DNA from: Geobacter sulfurreducens PCA
Lineage (GTDB): Bacteria; Desulfobacterota; Desulfuromonadia; Geobacterales; Geobacteraceae
Assembly (NCBI RefSeq): GCF_000007985.2
Contig: NC_002939.5
Coordinates: forward strand, 2,100,001-2,132,000
Direction of reading: 5' to 3'
DNA length: 32,000 nt
Shown here one piece after another: positions 30,063 to 32,000 of this stretch. Numbering within the stretch: position 1 is the first letter of the stretch; each line of letters opens with the position of its first letter. The position numbers and the translations under genes are program-made. Under the pieces are notes generated by a model. The model was given only the letters and a program-made list of their open reading frames with translations, was not told the DNA's origin and made no database searches.

Positions 30063-32000
30063 TTACCAGGTCGTCAGACCAACCGCCCGGCGCAGAAGAA
30101 TCAGTACATCGTTGATGTCAATCTTGCCGTTGCCGACCGGCTTGGAGGTAACCGGATCGACCGGCGCCACATCACCCATGCTCTGCACTGTCGAGGTCAA
30201 CAGGGTGGGATCCGCGACCGCCTTGAGAACGATGAGCGCGTCATTGGCCGTAATCGCTCCGTCGCCATCCACATCGCCCTTGATGATCACGATGTTATTG
30301 ACGGTTACGGTTACGGCGGTCGAAACCTTCGAGTTGCCGGCCGCATCATAGGCCTTGGCGGTCAGGCTGTAGACGCCGTTAGCAACGGTGGAGGTATCCC
30401 AGCTGTAGCTGTAGGGAGAGGTCGTATCCGTGCTCGCGAGGACATTGTTGACGTAGAATTCGACTTTGGCAACTGCCAGGTTGTCCGTTGCGGTGGCATT
30501 GACGGAGACGACACCGCTTACCGTTGCGCCGCTGGTCGGGGCCGACAGTGACACGGTCGGCGCGGTTGCATCGTTGGCGACCTTCACCGTCACGGTTGTC
30601 TCGCCGATATTGCCTGCCGCATCATAGGCCTTGGCGGTCAGGGTATGGGTGCCATCACTTACGGAGGTCGTGTTGAGGCTGTAGGTAAAGGGCGAGCTCG
30701 TGTCGGTGCGCTTGAGCACGTTGTCCAGGTAGAACTCGACCTTGGTCACCTTCACGTTGTCCGATGCACTGGCGCTGACGGTAATGCTTCCTTTGACGGT
30801 CGCGTTATTGGCCGGAGAAGTGATCGATACGGTCGGCGCAGTGGTGTCGCCGATCTGGTTGTTCACCGTTACCGATACGGAGGTAGATTGGCCGATGTTG
30901 CCGGCAGCGTCATAGGCCTTGGCAGTCAGGGTGTAGGTGCCGTTGGCCGAGGTCGTGGTGTTCCAGCTGTAGCTGTAAGGGGCGGTTGTCACCGTGGAAG
31001 CGACCGTGCCGTTCACCATGAATTCCACCTTGGTCACGCCCACGTTGTCAGAGGCTGTTGCGCTGACGGTCACCGTTCCGCTCACGGTCGCACCATTAGC
31101 CGGGGCACTCACCGCCACCGTCGGAGCAGCAGTATCGGACGGCAGATTGTAGGTTACCACCAGTTTCGGCCGCAGATTGGTATCGGACGCCTCGCTGGAA
31201 GCGAAGAGCCTGTAGCTGTCAACGGCGGCCTTGTTGGAGGAGTTGAGCAGAACACCCCTGTTGGCGGCCGGCGTCGCCAGCCAGGTCTTGACCAGATTGG
31301 TTATATTCCAGGCTTTATAACCAACGGTCTTGTCAACCAGAGGTGCATCAACCGGCGTGTCGATATCGGACTGGGCCAGGGGCACCCCGCCGTAAGCCAC
31401 ACTGCTCGCGGTCCAGGCATTGGTCCCGTCGTAGGTATTGCCAGTGCTTGAAGCGACAACCGGGTTCTTGTTGATGATGGCGGAGACCGGAATTTCGTAA
31501 GCGTCGTCACCACCGCCTTCAGTCAGGTAGAGGTAGAGCGTGGCGCTCTGGATCTCGGCATTGGCAGGCAGTGCGGAAACGTCCCACTTCATCACGACTG
31601 CGTTGGCCGGCGTGGCAGCGGGCCAGGTATAGGTGCTGAGGCTTACGCCGGTGGCGTTCACGTCGTCGTTGATATTCAGGAAGGTGTCTTCCACGGTATT
31701 CGGGAAATTGGCGCCAAAGGCATTACCGAAGATGGCCGTGTTGCTTCCCGACGGGGGAGTCGTCACATTGTTCACGCTCACGGTTACGCTGCTCGACTGC
31801 CCCACATTGCCCGCCGCGTCATAAGCCTTGGCGGTCAGGGAGTAGCTGCCGTTGACCGTGGAGGTGGTATCCCAGCTGTAGTTGTAGGGAGACGTCGTAT
31901 CCGACCCTTTGAGCACGTTGTTCACATAGAATTCGACCTTGCTCACACCGACGTTGTCCGACGCCGTGGCGGCCATACTCACCGTACCGGTCACGGTTGC
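30063..32000 (-). CDS. large secreted protein, C-terminal part: bacterial Ig-like repeats + DNRLRE/CBM-like beta-sandwich + C-terminal dockerin-type domain (N-terminus outside window)
   Basis: The frame stays open to position 32000. The track's first residue is an internal GTG, and the preceding codons read ..AT, as in the other repeats. Four copies of ATVSGTVTVSATASDNVGVTKVEF..V.....TTSPYSYSW.T....NG.Y.LTAKAYDAAGN are present. The insert MKWDVSALPANAEIQSATLYLYL... lies at about 31146-31745. Two dockerin-like Ca-binding repeats lie at 30066-30278: GDVDGDGAITANDALIVL and GNGKIDINDVLILL. Confidence 0.85.
   Translation of the reverse strand, partial: ATVTGTVSMAATASDNVGVSKVEFYVNNVLKGSDTTSPYNYSWDTTSTVNGSYSLTAKAYDAAGNVGQSSSVTVSVNNVTTPPSGSNTAIFGNAFGANFPNTVEDTFLNINDDVNATGVSLSTYTWPAATPANAVVMKWDVSALPANAEIQSATLYLYLTEGGGDDAYEIPVSAIINKNPVVASSTGNTYDGTNAWTASSVAYGGVPLAQSDIDTPVDAPLVDKTVGYKAWNITNLVKTWLATPAANRGVLLNSSNKAAVDSYRLFASSEASDTNLRPKLVVTYNLPSDTAAPTVAVSAPANGATVSGTVTVSATASDNVGVTKVEFMVNGTVASTVTTAPYSYSWNTTTSANGTYTLTAKAYDAAGNIGQSTSVSVTVNNQIGDTTAPTVSITSPANNATVKGSITVSASASDNVKVTKVEFYLDNVLKRTDTSSPFTYSLNTTSVSDGTHTLTAKAYDAAGNIGETTVTVKVANDATAPTVSLSAPTSGATVSGVVSVNATATDNLAVAKVEFYVNNVLASTDTTSPYSYSWDTSTVANGVYSLTAKAYDAAGNSKVSTAVTVTVNNIVIIKGDVDGDGAITANDALIVLKAVADPTLLTSTVQSMGDVAPVDPVTSKPVGNGKIDINDVLILLRRAVGLTTW
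30294..31136 (-). repeat. three tandem ~270-290 nt intragenic repeats (Ig-like modules); a fourth copy lies at 31764-32000
   Basis: The identical 27-mer gccgcatcataggccttggcggtcagg occurs at 30340-30366 and 30616-30642. Near-identical copies lie at 30904-30930 and 31813-31839. All encode the LTAKAYDAAGN motif. Confidence 0.75.

Noticed and set aside
29828-30115. 95-aa plus-strand ORF in the intergenic region upstream of the second PEP-CTERM gene
   Set aside because: It crosses the terminator of the Ig/dockerin gene and overlaps that gene's 3' end. It has no SD and a low-complexity C-terminus.
1-32000. Searched for mobile elements, CRISPR arrays, toxin-antitoxin pairs and classic defence genes
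   Set aside because: I saw no transposase, integrase or recombinase-like ORF, no regularly spaced direct repeats outside the Ig-module gene, and no small paired ORFs of TA type. The window looks like core chromosome plus signalling and envelope accessory genes.

Overview
GC-rich bacterial chromosomal window. My hand counts give about 63% GC in a typical gene, against 31-49% in the 28.8-29.9 kb stretch. The gene content suggests a Geobacteraceae/Desulfuromonadota-type genome, but that is inference only. I saw no rRNA, tRNA, CRISPR array, transposase or integrase.

Layout:
- 1-2.5 kb: the rpsB 5' end (minus strand), divergent from lptF-lptG.
- 2.6-5.2 kb: an IPT/TIG secreted protein, a cytidylate-kinase-like/BON protein and an ICMT-family membrane methyltransferase.
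- 5.2-18.6 kb: one long minus-strand run of nadC-birA-coaX, an EF-G2 paralog, a SPOR protein, a helical-repeat protein, an MglA-like GTPase, mgtC, a hybrid histidine kinase and a REC-PAS-GGDEF-EAL protein.
- 18.8-23.2 kb (plus strand): a HAMP-linked non-canonical GGDEF-family protein (GGDDF), coupled to a lipoprotein. A textbook sigma54 promoter then drives a GAF / H-box / degenerate-ATPase / GAF / degenerate-HD-GYP protein.
- 23.2-29.7 kb (minus strand): a sugar dehydrogenase-prsK-prsR operon and two small PEP-CTERM proteins in an AT-rich patch.
- 30.1-32.0 kb: the 3' part of a large Ig-repeat / DNRLRE-like / dockerin protein.

The best candidates for something undescribed are:
1. The cyclic-dinucleotide module at 18.8-23.2 kb. 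It has an atypical cyclase with a Hypr-like Ser at the base-specificity position, a coupled lipoprotein, and a sigma54-driven multi-degenerate HD-GYP protein. It sits next to the PEP-CTERM regulators.
2. The MglA-like GTPase / helical-repeat / SPOR / EF-G2 cluster, which lacks an MglB partner.

All functional calls come from motif recognition by eye. No database search was run.
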